From contig JBDKLC010000005.1 of the NCBI GenBank assembly GCA_039795775.1, forward strand, positions 379,958-443,957: a stretch of DNA of 64,000 nt, written 5' to 3'. Below are positions 19,548 through 28,886 of this stretch, piece after piece. Below the pieces are notes generated by a model that worked only from the letters and a program-made list of their open reading frames with translations, searched no databases and was not told the origin of the DNA. How positions within the stretch are numbered: position 1 is the stretch's first letter; every line of letters begins with the position of its first letter. The position numbers and the translations under genes are program-made. The DNA is from Candidatus Parcubacteria bacterium (GTDB lineage Bacteria; Patescibacteriota; Minisyncoccia; Phycocordibacterales; CAIZLB01).

Positions 19548-20486
19548 ATGACATACGACTTAACAATCATCGGCGGTGGACCAGGCGGTGTTGCAGCTGG
19601 TGTATACGCTTCGCGAAAAAAATTAAAAACTCTTTTTGTCACTGAATCTTTTGGTGGACAAAGTATTGTATCCGAAGGCATCGAAAACTGGATCGGAACA
19701 ATCAAAATTTCAGGAAATGATCTCGCGAAATCTCTCGAAGAACACCTCCGAGCATATGCAGCCGATATTGTTGATATCAAAACAGGCCAGTGGGTAAAGG
19801 GCGTAGAAAAAAACGCAGATGGCACATTCACTATTCATACAAATGATGGCATGAAGGATGAATCATTTATCTCAAAGACTGTTCTCATTACGACTGGTAG
19901 TAAGCGAAGAAAACTTCCAGCAAAAGGTGCAGAAGAATTCGATAACAAAGGTCTCACCTACTGCGCAACTTGCGACGGACCGCTCTTCGGAGGCCAAGAC
20001 GTTATCGTTGTCGGCGGTGGTAACGCAGCCTTCGAAAGTGCAGCTCAGCTTGCGGCATATTGTAAAAGCGTAAGTATCTTCAATCGAAGTGACGAATTCA
20101 GAGCTGACCCTGTAACAGTCGAAAAAGTTCTCGCAAAAGACAATGTAAAAGCTGTAAAAAACGTAGACATTGTTGAAGTAAAAGGCGACAAATTCGTAAA
20201 CGCTGTTGTATACAAAAACAACACAACAGGTGAACAACTTGAACATCCTATTGCTGCTATCTTCGTAGAAATTGGACTCCTTCCAAACACAGGATTCGTT
20301 TCAAATGTTGTTGAGCTCGATCAATATGGAAAAGTTGTTGTTGATCCAAAGACACAACAGACAAAGACACCTGGCATTTGGGCCGCTGGAGACTGTACAG
20401 ATGGCCTCTATCACCAGAACAACATCGCAGCTGGTGACGCCGTAAAAGCCCTCGAGGACATTTACGTACACCTTCACGCGCGGTAG
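19548..20486 (+). CDS. trxB: Thioredoxin reductase (AhpF-like FAD/NAD(P)H disulfide reductase)
   Basis: GGGPGG, CATCDG, VVGGGNAA, AAGD. Confidence 0.88.
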   Translation: MTYDLTIIGGGPGGVAAGVYASRKKLKTLFVTESFGGQSIVSEGIENWIGTIKISGNDLAKSLEEHLRAYAADIVDIKTGQWVKGVEKNADGTFTIHTNDGMKDESFISKTVLITTGSKRRKLPAKGAEEFDNKGLTYCATCDGPLFGGQDVIVVGGGNAAFESAAQLAAYCKSVSIFNRSDEFRADPVTVEKVLAKDNVKAVKNVDIVEVKGDKFVNAVVYKNNTTGEQLEHPIAAIFVEIGLLPNTGFVSNVVELDQYGKVVVDPKTQQTKTPGIWAAGDCTDGLYHQNNIAAGDAVKALEDIYVHLHAR

Positions 20487-20571
20487 GCCACCCCTACACG
20501 AATAGCCCTGTCCTGGCCTATCACAGCCACTTTTTTGCATTTTTCCAAAAAAATGTTATATTTCCTGAGCT

Positions 20572-20643
20572 GGCCCTATCGTCTATCGGTTAGGACACAA
20601 GATTTTCAATCTTGGAAGCCGGGTTCGACTCCCGGTAGGGTCA
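20572..20643 (+). tRNA. tRNA-Glu(TTC)
   Basis: Acceptor GGCCCTA/TAGGGTC, anticodon arm CAAGA-TTTTCAA-TCTTG, T-loop GTTCGACTC. Confidence 0.93.
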
Positions 20644-20724
20644 CACGATCAAAAAAGCTCCTGAGCATTCAGGGGCTTTTTTGTATTGCAGTGAAACCAA
20701 GCAGTCCCAAGACTATCTTACCAA

Positions 20725-20979
20725 CTAATCCAAAAGATAAACAATACCAGCTGTAATAATAAGCGATGCAATAAACACCAGAGTGCTGTATGCAGTACCG
20801 ATACCAAAACCTTTTTTAGATAGAACGCAGAGCGCGATTATTGTTATAGCTGGAATAGAAAAAACGAGCGCAAGTAACATTGATAACCACGAGCCTGAAA
20901 ATAAAACTCCAAACAAAAAGACAAATATTGATACTGTAATAATCCACATGACTGACAAAACAATAAGTGTGTTATTCAT
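20725..20979 (-). CDS. Small hypothetical membrane protein
   Basis: Three TM helices; TACAAT 9 nt upstream of ATG. Confidence 0.65.
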   Translation of the reverse strand: MNNTLIVLSVMWIITVSIFVFLFGVLFSGSWLSMLLALVFSIPAITIIALCVLSKKGFGIGTAYSTLVFIASLIITAGIVYLLD

Positions 20980-21021
20980 GATGCGTATATTGTAACATTT
21001 AGGTTAAAAGTTAGTACTTAT

Positions 21022-22032
21022 TTAATTTGTACTCGTCGCACTCTTCGCACCGACAGCATTCACAACAAACTGATCTGCGATTCGACCCTTGATATCTTTG
21101 AAATAACATTCTGCTCGGTTCTTGTCGCCGTTTGTACCAAATGTACAAAAGAGTGCTCCAGGAAGAGCTTTCTGTGTTGACGTGTACACTGTTGCCCACC
21201 ATGGACCATTAAGTTTCTGTGGTCGAACACTCTGTCCTCCAAGGCCTGATACAAACGCAAACGACTTCCCTTTCTCGAGCTGAAGTACATTTGATGAAGT
21301 GGCTACCGTTTTGTTTTTAAAACTTGAGAGAAGCTTTGTTCGTGAGTATGAATGCTCGTGCGCTGTCGCAACAATAGCACCGGCTTTTCGACATTCTTCG
21401 TATACGCCCCATCCAACTTCATCTTTTTTGTCACCGAGTTGCATAGCTCGCATGTTTTCATGCCATGCACATACGTTCCATGTTGATGTACTAATAGCGA
21501 GCTGTGACTTTATATATCCCACATGGTCTTTTTCGGTAAGGTTTGGTGTTGTGAGAACAAATGTAATATCTTTGTATGTACATGTTGATTCAACTCCATT
21601 TTCTCCAGTACATTTTAAATACTTAGCACTAGTAATCTGCTCTTCGATTTTCTTTTTATATTCGTCCCATTTCTTGAGCTCGTGATTTCCAAGGACAGTG
21701 AGATAATCTGTACTACTTCCGAGTATCGCAGCATATTGCTCTACCCAGGCATCAGGATTGTCGGCATAATCGATATCACCGAGATGTACAAGCAATTCAG
21801 CGCCCTCATTTTTAACCAAACGAAGCACGTCTTTTGATTGACTTGTTAGTCCTTGATCCCCAAAAAAAGCCACTCGAACACCACCACGTTTGAGAACGCT
21901 GTCTGAGTAGAATGTGTCGGTTATTTTGCCTGGCATACTGAAGCTGTATTGAGTGTAAATATATCCAATAACAATGGCTACACATACAGCCATAAATAGA
22001 AGCAGACCCCAGAGCTTGTATTGATATTTCAT
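21022..22032 (-). CDS. Calcineurin-like metallophosphoesterase, membrane anchored
   Basis: FGDQG, HLGDIDY, GNHE, WH and HEHSY motifs; N-terminal TM. Confidence 0.88.
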   Translation of the reverse strand: MKYQYKLWGLLLFMAVCVAIVIGYIYTQYSFSMPGKITDTFYSDSVLKRGGVRVAFFGDQGLTSQSKDVLRLVKNEGAELLVHLGDIDYADNPDAWVEQYAAILGSSTDYLTVLGNHELKKWDEYKKKIEEQITSAKYLKCTGENGVESTCTYKDITFVLTTPNLTEKDHVGYIKSQLAISTSTWNVCAWHENMRAMQLGDKKDEVGWGVYEECRKAGAIVATAHEHSYSRTKLLSSFKNKTVATSSNVLQLEKGKSFAFVSGLGGQSVRPQKLNGPWWATVYTSTQKALPGALFCTFGTNGDKNRAECYFKDIKGRIADQFVVNAVGAKSATSTN

Positions 22033-22065
22033 ATACTACATAGTATAACCTAAATACATATTCGT

Positions 22066-23283
22066 ATGATTATTCTCTCAATCGAAACAAGCTGTGATGA
22101 AACAGCAATAGCTATCCTCGAAGCAAACGGTGACGCCACATCGCCGTCGTTTAGACTGCTTGGAAATGCACTGTACTCACAAGCCAAAAGCCACGCCGAA
22201 TTCGGCGGTGTCTTCCCTATGCTCGCGAAACGTGAACATGGCATAAACATTGTTCCTTTGTTGTCTAAAGCACTAGGTGAAGCAAAAGACAACGGATTAC
22301 AGTTTGCACCACGCGAGGCAACTATTTCTCAAGAAAAGATAAATGAAATCTCAAAAATTCTCGAACGAGAAAATGATCTTGCTCAACTTTTCTTAAATTT
22401 TATTTCAACTAATGCTGAAATTCCAAAGATTGATGCTATCTGCGTTACAAACGGCCCAGGTCTCGAACCAGCACTTTGGGTAGGTATCAGTTTTGCCAAA
22501 GCTCTTTCTACAGCATGGGATATTCCAGTGGTACCCGTAAATCATATGGAAGGTCATATTGTATCTGTACTCATGTCATCACAGACAGACAACTCGGTAC
22601 AATTCCCAGCACTCGCTCTCCTCATTTCAGGCGGCCATACAGAGCTTCTCCTCATCAACAATTGGCATGACTACACAGTCATCGGTCAAACTCGAGATGA
22701 TGCTATCGGAGAAGCTTTTGATAAAGCAGCTCGTATCCTCGGCCTCCCGTATCCAGGCGGACCTGAAATTTCAAAACTCGCTGCGGAACGTCGTGCATCA
22801 AACGCATCATCTACTCGACCGTACGAACTCCCGCGTCCAATGCTCAAAAGCCCCGACCTCGACTTCTCGTTTTCCGGCATCAAGACAGCAGTGCTCTATC
22901 TCGTAAAAAAACTTAAAGAAGATGCTCTCGCTGCGGGTACTACTGCCGCACATCTTTCTCCTGAAATTGTGTCGGCTATCTGTGCTGAATTTGAAAACGC
23001 GGTAACAGAAGTGCTTGTCGAAAAAACACGAAAAGCGATGGAGCAAACAAACGCAAAAACACTCATACTCGGTGGCGGTGTAGTAGCAAATACATTTATT
23101 CGTGCAAATTTCGAGCAACTCATCGCCAAAGATTTTTCATATGCACAGCTCTTCGTACCATCTGTAGATATGTCGACAGACAATGCTGTCATGATCGGCA
23201 TTGCGGGGTACCTCAGATATATTGCTAACCCTCAAGCGGCTATTTCTTCAGATTTCAAAGCTCAAGGAAACTTACGTCTGTAA
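22066..23283 (+). CDS. tsaD: tRNA N6-adenosine threonylcarbamoyltransferase
   Basis: IETSCDET, GPGL, NHMEGH, SGGHT, DDAIGEAFDK, TDNAVMI. Confidence 0.96.
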   Translation: MIILSIETSCDETAIAILEANGDATSPSFRLLGNALYSQAKSHAEFGGVFPMLAKREHGINIVPLLSKALGEAKDNGLQFAPREATISQEKINEISKILERENDLAQLFLNFISTNAEIPKIDAICVTNGPGLEPALWVGISFAKALSTAWDIPVVPVNHMEGHIVSVLMSSQTDNSVQFPALALLISGGHTELLLINNWHDYTVIGQTRDDAIGEAFDKAARILGLPYPGGPEISKLAAERRASNASSTRPYELPRPMLKSPDLDFSFSGIKTAVLYLVKKLKEDALAAGTTAAHLSPEIVSAICAEFENAVTEVLVEKTRKAMEQTNAKTLILGGGVVANTFIRANFEQLIAKDFSYAQLFVPSVDMSTDNAVMIGIAGYLRYIANPQAAISSDFKAQGNLRL

Positions 23284-23349
23284 TAACACCTATACGTTGT
23301 TGCATTCGGAGTATTCATACAGCATTCAGGGTGTCAGCGAGCAGTAAAA

Positions 23350-23434
23350 TTTCACTGTGACACTTCTTGGCACTCATATGACATACAAATGACATCCGGA
23401 TGTCGCGGTTCTGACACATAATGTCACAGTGATA
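23350..23434. repeat. 85-bp phased pseudo-palindromic element, copy 1
   Basis: Ends TTTCACTGTGACA...TGTCACAGTGATA; TG-started pentamers at 23358, 23368, 23379, 23390, 23401, 23412, 23422. Confidence 0.8.
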
Positions 23435-23533
23435 AATTCTATTCTTTCGATATATGGTTATTTCTGAAGAGCATAAAATATTTTCTCGGGACAATGGAAA
23501 AAACTCTCAAAATCTGCTACTATAGGCCTAACT

Positions 23534-25810
23534 ATGGCCACAAACATCCCAGCGAAGCTTCTTTCTCCGTACAACCCCGCAGAAACAGAAACTCCTATTT
23601 ACCAACTTTGGCAAAAGAGTGGTCTTTTTAATCCTGACGAATCAATCAAGCTTGGTATCACAAAACCTGATGCTGACCCTTTTACTATCATTCTTCCGCC
23701 TCCAAACGTAACTGGGACACTCCACCTCGGTCACGCTCTCATGATCACTATTCAGGATATTCTCATTCGATTCAAACGAATGCAGGGCAAAAAAACTCTT
23801 TGGATTCCTGGTACCGACCACGCAGCTATTGCCACACAAGCAAAAGTTGAAAAAGAAATTTCTAAAAAAGAAGGAAAATCTCGATACGATCTCGGACGAG
23901 AAGAAATGCTCAAGCGAATTGAAGCATTCGCGCAGCAAAGTCACGACACTATTGTCTCTCAGGTAAAGCGACTTGGGGCTTCTACTGATTGGTCACGAGA
24001 AGCCTTCACTCTCGACGAACAGCGAAACCTCGCAGTACGAACAGTATTCAAAAAAATGTTTGATGATGGTCTCATCTATCAAGGATCACGAATTGTAAAC
24101 TGGGATCCAAAAGGTCAGACAACTATCGCTGACGACGAAATCGTGTACGAAGAAGAAAAATCTAAGTTCTACTATTTCAAATACGGACCGTTCACTATCG
24201 GTACAGCACGACCTGAAACAAAATTCGGCGACAAATACGTAGTAATGCACCCTGATGATGCTCGGTATGCAGCATATGAGCATGGTCAGAAGATTGATCT
24301 CGAATGGATCAACGGTCCTATTACAGCAACGGTTATCAAAGATACCGCTATCGACATGGAATTCGGTACTGGTGTCATGACTATTACTCCTTGGCACTCA
24401 AACGTAGACTTTGAAATTGCTGAACGACATAGCCTCGACAAAGAGCAAATTATAGACAAATACGGCAAGCTGCTCCCTATTGCTGGTGAATTCGCTGGCA
24501 TGAAGATCAAAGAAGCTCGAGAAAAGATTGTAGAAAAATTGCAGTCAAAAGGTCTTGTAGAAAAAATTGAAGACACATACGTTCACAAGATCGCTACAGC
24601 TGAACGAACAAACGGCATCATCGAACCTCAAATCATGAAGCAGTGGTTCGTTGCTGTAAACAAAGAATTCACAACTCCTCATTCTGAAATTAATGGCATC
24701 GCATCAGGTTCAAAAACAACTCTCAAAGAGCTTATGCGAAAGGCAGTAGATGGCAAACAAGTGCAGATTCTTCCCGACCATTTCGATAAGACATATTTCC
24801 ACTGGATCGACAACCTTCGAGACTGGTGTATTTCACGACAGATTTGGTACGGTCATCGAATCCCTGTTTGGTATAAATCATCAAGTCTAGGCTTAATGGG
24901 TGTTGGTGGAGGATCACAAATTTACTGTGGTATTGAAGCACCTGAAGGTGAAGGCTGGGTACAAGATGAAGATACACTCGACACATGGTTCTCATCTGGC
25001 CTTTGGACGTTCTCTACTCTTGGATGGCCATCATCTACAGTAGACCTCAAGACATACCATCCTACAAATATTCTCGTTACAGGATATGAAATTCTTTTCT
25101 TCTGGGTGGCACGAATGATTCTTATGACTGGCTATATGTTCGGTACAATTCCATTCAGTACTGTATATCTCAACGGTACAGTACGAGATAGTCAGGGACG
25201 AAAAATGAGTAAATCTCTCGGTAACGGTGGAGATCCAATCGAAACATCAGAAAAGTACGGCGCTGACGCTCTTCGAATGTTCCTCGCTACAGCAACAACT
25301 CCAGGCATGGATAGTCGAATTTATGAAGATAAAATCAAGGGATATAAACACTTCTCAAACAAGTTGTGGAATATCACTCGATTCATTCTCACAAATACAG
25401 AAAACTATACATATGATGCGCAATTCTCTGCGTGGTCTGAGGCTGATGAAGCTCTCACAGCTGAACGAACTGAATTCATTCAGACAATCACAAAAGAAAT
25501 GGAAGAATACAAATTACATCTTTCTTCAGAACATATTTATAAATATGTATGGACACGATTTGCAGATGTTATTCTTGAAGAAAGTAAATTGATATTCAAA
25601 GACGGTGATGAAGCTGCTAAAGCATCTCGAGCACAATTTTTACACCACACACTTCGAATTATTTTGCGAGTAACTCACCCATATATGCCACATGTGACAG
25701 AAGAACTCTGGCTTCTTCTTACAACGGGGAAAAGTATCTCAGAAATTTCTGAACAAAATGTTACAATTGAGCCAAGCAAATTGCTTCTTGCTCAATCATG
25801 GCCGGCATAA
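23534..25810 (+). CDS. valS: Valine--tRNA ligase (short CPR type)
   Basis: PPPNVTGTLHLGH, DWCISRQIWYGH, DTWFSS, KMSKS; lacks the C-terminal coiled-coil arm. Confidence 0.96.
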   Translation: MATNIPAKLLSPYNPAETETPIYQLWQKSGLFNPDESIKLGITKPDADPFTIILPPPNVTGTLHLGHALMITIQDILIRFKRMQGKKTLWIPGTDHAAIATQAKVEKEISKKEGKSRYDLGREEMLKRIEAFAQQSHDTIVSQVKRLGASTDWSREAFTLDEQRNLAVRTVFKKMFDDGLIYQGSRIVNWDPKGQTTIADDEIVYEEEKSKFYYFKYGPFTIGTARPETKFGDKYVVMHPDDARYAAYEHGQKIDLEWINGPITATVIKDTAIDMEFGTGVMTITPWHSNVDFEIAERHSLDKEQIIDKYGKLLPIAGEFAGMKIKEAREKIVEKLQSKGLVEKIEDTYVHKIATAERTNGIIEPQIMKQWFVAVNKEFTTPHSEINGIASGSKTTLKELMRKAVDGKQVQILPDHFDKTYFHWIDNLRDWCISRQIWYGHRIPVWYKSSSLGLMGVGGGSQIYCGIEAPEGEGWVQDEDTLDTWFSSGLWTFSTLGWPSSTVDLKTYHPTNILVTGYEILFFWVARMILMTGYMFGTIPFSTVYLNGTVRDSQGRKMSKSLGNGGDPIETSEKYGADALRMFLATATTPGMDSRIYEDKIKGYKHFSNKLWNITRFILTNTENYTYDAQFSAWSEADEALTAERTEFIQTITKEMEEYKLHLSSEHIYKYVWTRFADVILEESKLIFKDGDEAAKASRAQFLHHTLRIILRVTHPYMPHVTEELWLLLTTGKSISEISEQNVTIEPSKLLLAQSWPA

Positions 25811-26523
25811 CAAATTCGCCACTGTTCGTTATAGAAATGTTCATTTATGCGCTTCTTGGAGGAATTCTCCCTGCGCTTATTTGGCTATGGTTTTGGATGC
25901 ACGAAGGACATGAACACAAAGAGCCTCGTCATGTCATTAGTTTTACCTTTCTCTTTGGGATGCTCGCTGTTCTTGCTGTATTCCCTTTTCAGCGAAGTAT
26001 TCTTTTCTTTTTCCCGACACTGACGCCACAAGATACGCCGGTTATATTTTTATGGGCATTATTTGAAGAAATAATAAAGTTTTTGGCAGCGTATATATAT
26101 GCTTTTCATATTTCTGAAGTGTATGACGAACCAATCGACGCCTTTGTGTATATGATGACTGCTGCTCTTGGCTTTTCTGCACTCGAGAATACACTATTCC
26201 TCCTTACACCGCTTCTCCAAGGCGATACGATCAGCACAATCATGACAGGAAACTTGCGATTTATGGGAGCAAGTCTTCTCCATGTTGTATGTTCAGGAGT
26301 ACTTTCTCTGTTTATAGCGTATACTTACTATAAGTCTCGTTTTAAAAAGGTTATGTACACCGTTGTCGGACTTATCACCGCTGGTGTGTTGCATACCCTA
26401 TTTAACTTTTTTATAATGAACTCTGAACGAGAGAGTTTGTTCATTATCTTCTCATTTGTCTGGCTGACTACCATCCTGCTGATCATCATCCTTGAGAGAA
26501 TAAAAATGATTAAGAAATTTTAA
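25798..26523 (+). CDS. PrsW-family intramembrane protease
   Basis: EP in first loop, FEEIIK, GFSALEN, HVV and LHTLFN motifs. Confidence 0.88.
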   Translation: MAGITNSPLFVIEMFIYALLGGILPALIWLWFWMHEGHEHKEPRHVISFTFLFGMLAVLAVFPFQRSILFFFPTLTPQDTPVIFLWALFEEIIKFLAAYIYAFHISEVYDEPIDAFVYMMTAALGFSALENTLFLLTPLLQGDTISTIMTGNLRFMGASLLHVVCSGVLSLFIAYTYYKSRFKKVMYTVVGLITAGVLHTLFNFFIMNSERESLFIIFSFVWLTTILLIIILERIKMIKKF

Positions 26524-26558
26524 AAACTTAGCAGCACCCCAACCCAATAACGAATATT

Positions 26559-27044
26559 ATGAAAAAAAGATCTTTCTTCGAACGATTAACTGGCAGTGTA
26601 AACATAGATGATGAAGAAATTCAGGAAATGGCTGAATCGCAGTCTCGATCTGTGACTGCACAAGCTGCAGGATACAACCAAGGCCATTCAACATGGATGG
26701 AAGAACCAAGTGGCGAAGGCCAGCTCGCTGTAGATGTACATCAGACTCCTGATGACATCGTAGTGCGGACTATGATTCCTGGCGTAAAGAAGGAAGACAT
26801 AGATATTGCTGTTTCTCGAGACTCTATCACTATCAAAGGTAAGCGAATGAATGAACGAGAAGCAAAAGAAGAAGACTATTTTTATCGAGAATTGTACTGG
26901 GGTGCATTTTCACGAACAATCCAGCTTCCTCATGAAGTAGATATCGAAGGAGCAGAAGCGACAGAAAATCAGGGTCTCCTTACTATCAAGCTTCCTCGAA
27001 TCGACAAAGATCGACAGACAAAACTCCGAGTTCGATCTCTCTAA
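26559..27044 (+). CDS. Hsp20/alpha-crystallin small heat shock protein
   Basis: VDVHQT, PGVKKEDIDI, WGAFSRTIQLP, GLLTIKLP. Confidence 0.92.
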   Translation: MKKRSFFERLTGSVNIDDEEIQEMAESQSRSVTAQAAGYNQGHSTWMEEPSGEGQLAVDVHQTPDDIVVRTMIPGVKKEDIDIAVSRDSITIKGKRMNEREAKEEDYFYRELYWGAFSRTIQLPHEVDIEGAEATENQGLLTIKLPRIDKDRQTKLRVRSL

Positions 27045-27185
27045 TTGTAATTGTCACAGATTGCTATCACAAAAATAAGAGCGACTTGAATTTCAGAGAC
27101 TGGGCACGATACTATATTCGAGACTATATTCTATATGTGTATATTCGAGATTTTCGAGATTATAGACATATGTTTTTGTAAAACT

Positions 27186-27270
27186 TTTCACTGTGCCAAT
27201 TTGTGCCACACATGTGACAAGAGTTTGTTGCTGTTATGTAGTGATTGTGTCAAAAAGTGGCACAGTGAAA
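27186..27270. repeat. 85-bp phased pseudo-palindromic element, copy 2
   Basis: Perfect 13-bp inverted repeat TTTCACTGTGCCA...TGGCACAGTGAAA; TG-started pentamers at 27194, 27204, 27215, 27226, 27237, 27248, 27258. Confidence 0.8.
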
Positions 27271-27433
27271 TTTTTTGAATTTCTCTGTATACATATTCTT
27301 CAGCCTCTTCTGCGTATATATTCTTTAGACTTTCTCCTACACTCTACATTTCCATATTTCAAAATAAAATGAAATAAAAAAATGAAATAAAAATAAAAAC
27401 ACTCACGAATGAGTGTTTTTATTTTTATTTTAT

Positions 27434-27509
27434 TGGTGCCGAGGGCCGGGCTCGAACCGGCGACCCCATCCTCTTCAGGGATATGCTCTACCAACTGAGC
27501 TACCTCGGC
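27434..27509 (-). tRNA. tRNA-Phe(GAA)
   Basis: Reverse complement reads GCCGAGGTAGCTCAGTTGGTAGAGC...CTGAAGA...GGTTCGAGCCCGGCCCTCGGCACCA, with encoded CCA. Confidence 0.96.
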
Positions 27510-27527
27510 ATGGACTTACAAGATAAA

Positions 27528-27797
27528 TTATTTCATCAACTTAAGCAAGTGGAGAAAATCTACCTTTGTGCCACTTACCTGCTGATAAATGGCAGCGATC
27601 TTTTCTAGGAAAGGCTGGATGTAGTAGAAGGCACCGATTGTAAGGCCAAGTACTACGAGCCACTTGAGAATCATAAACAAAAATGACATTCGAGCTCGAC
27701 GCTGAATACTATGCAACATTGCATTGTTGTCTTCAGTCATTTGAGCCAATTTCTTGAGTTCAACTCGAATTTCTTTAATGTCCTGATCCATGGGCAT
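27528..27797 (-). CDS. Hypothetical single-TM protein
   Basis: EDNNAMLHSIQRRAR then a TM helix; start may be 27791. Confidence 0.7.
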   Translation of the reverse strand: MPMDQDIKEIRVELKKLAQMTEDNNAMLHSIQRRARMSFLFMILKWLVVLGLTIGAFYYIQPFLEKIAAIYQQVSGTKVDFLHLLKLMK

Positions 27798-27848
27798 ATC
27801 CTAGCATGTTTAAAGTCATTTTCCAACAATTTGAGGCCTTTTAGAGCC

Positions 27849-28769
27849 TTATTCTCGACACCATCTTGAAACGATACCACAGGGCAATAGGCGCTTCATT
27901 GGCCCTGACTCCTGTATAGTCAGCTCCCCGCTCTCAATGTGGCCCTTAAAGCGTTTTATGAGGGAATAGAGGTTGTTTTCATAGGCTATAGACGAATACC
28001 CAGCGGCATACCCGTTTATAACAAAGAAAAGCGGGTCTTCTGTCAGAAGTTCCATACAGTCATCAAAAAGAGATAAGAAAGACTCTTCGATCTTCCAAAT
28101 CTCCCCTTTTGCACCTCGTCCGAATGCTGGCGGGTCCATAATGATAGCGTCATACTTTTTGCCACGTCGGATTTCTCGTTTGACAAAAGCAGCAGCATCA
28201 TCGAGCATCCATCTGATAGGTTTTTCTTTGAGACCAGAACTTTCTGCATTTTCATTTGCCCAATTCATCGCGGCTCGAGACGCATCTACATGTGTCACTG
28301 ATGCACCGGCAGCCGCAGCTGCGAGTGTAGCGCCCCCACTGTATCCAAAAAGGTTGAGCACCTGAGGAGTCTTTCCTTTCTTCACAGCATCTTTAATTAA
28401 ATTTGAACACCAATCCCAGTTGGAAAGTTGCTCAGGAAAAATACCAGTGTGTTTGAATGGCGTAAGGCGCACATTAAATATAAGCGAGCCATATTCCATT
28501 TCCCATTTTTCTGGAACTTCTTTTTTGAGAATCCAATTACCTCGTTCTTCGCCTTCTTCGTTCTGATTTTTTTTATCTTTATCTGTCTTTTTTTCGAATA
28601 TAGCATGCACCTGATTCCAATCTGCATCAGAAAGAGATTTTTTCCAGAGGGCCTGTGGATCAGGACGTGCGACAAAGATATTGTCATACCGCTCGAGCTT
28701 CATGCCATCACCACTATCAAGAAGCTCGTAATTTGGGGATTTAGGTGCGATAAAAATATGGGACTTCAT
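27849..28769 (-). CDS. SAM-dependent methyltransferase (RlmI/RlmK-like)
   Basis: YELLDSG, FKHTGIFPEQ, VLNLFGYSGG, IIMDPPAFG. Confidence 0.88.
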   Translation of the reverse strand: MKSHIFIAPKSPNYELLDSGDGMKLERYDNIFVARPDPQALWKKSLSDADWNQVHAIFEKKTDKDKKNQNEEGEERGNWILKKEVPEKWEMEYGSLIFNVRLTPFKHTGIFPEQLSNWDWCSNLIKDAVKKGKTPQVLNLFGYSGGATLAAAAAGASVTHVDASRAAMNWANENAESSGLKEKPIRWMLDDAAAFVKREIRRGKKYDAIIMDPPAFGRGAKGEIWKIEESFLSLFDDCMELLTEDPLFFVINGYAAGYSSIAYENNLYSLIKRFKGHIESGELTIQESGPMKRLLPCGIVSRWCRE

Positions 28770-28886
28770 ATATATAAACTATAGCATACCCGTACAAATA
28801 TGATTATTAGAAAATAGTTTAAAAACAAAACCCCGCTCAAGGCGGGGTTTTTGTTTAACGTATAGAGAGACGTAATTACAGTCTGT

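Noticed and set aside
20535-20756. 73-aa ORF
   Set aside because: It overlaps tRNA-Glu.
23367-23393. CIRCE (HrcA) operator, suggested by TTGGCACTC and the nearby hsp20
   Set aside because: The second half-site GAGTGCTAA is absent at N9; the sequence is better explained as part of the 85-bp phased element.
23534-25810. valS as a truncated pseudogene
   Set aside because: HIGH and KMSKS motifs are intact, there is no frameshift remnant, and the next gene overlaps its stop; short ValRS is typical of CPR.
23350-27270. CRISPR array or composite transposon
   Set aside because: There are only two distant copies, no spacer array, no cas or transposase gene, and no visible target-site duplication.
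27300-27494. 64-aa ORF
   Set aside because: It overlaps tRNA-Phe.
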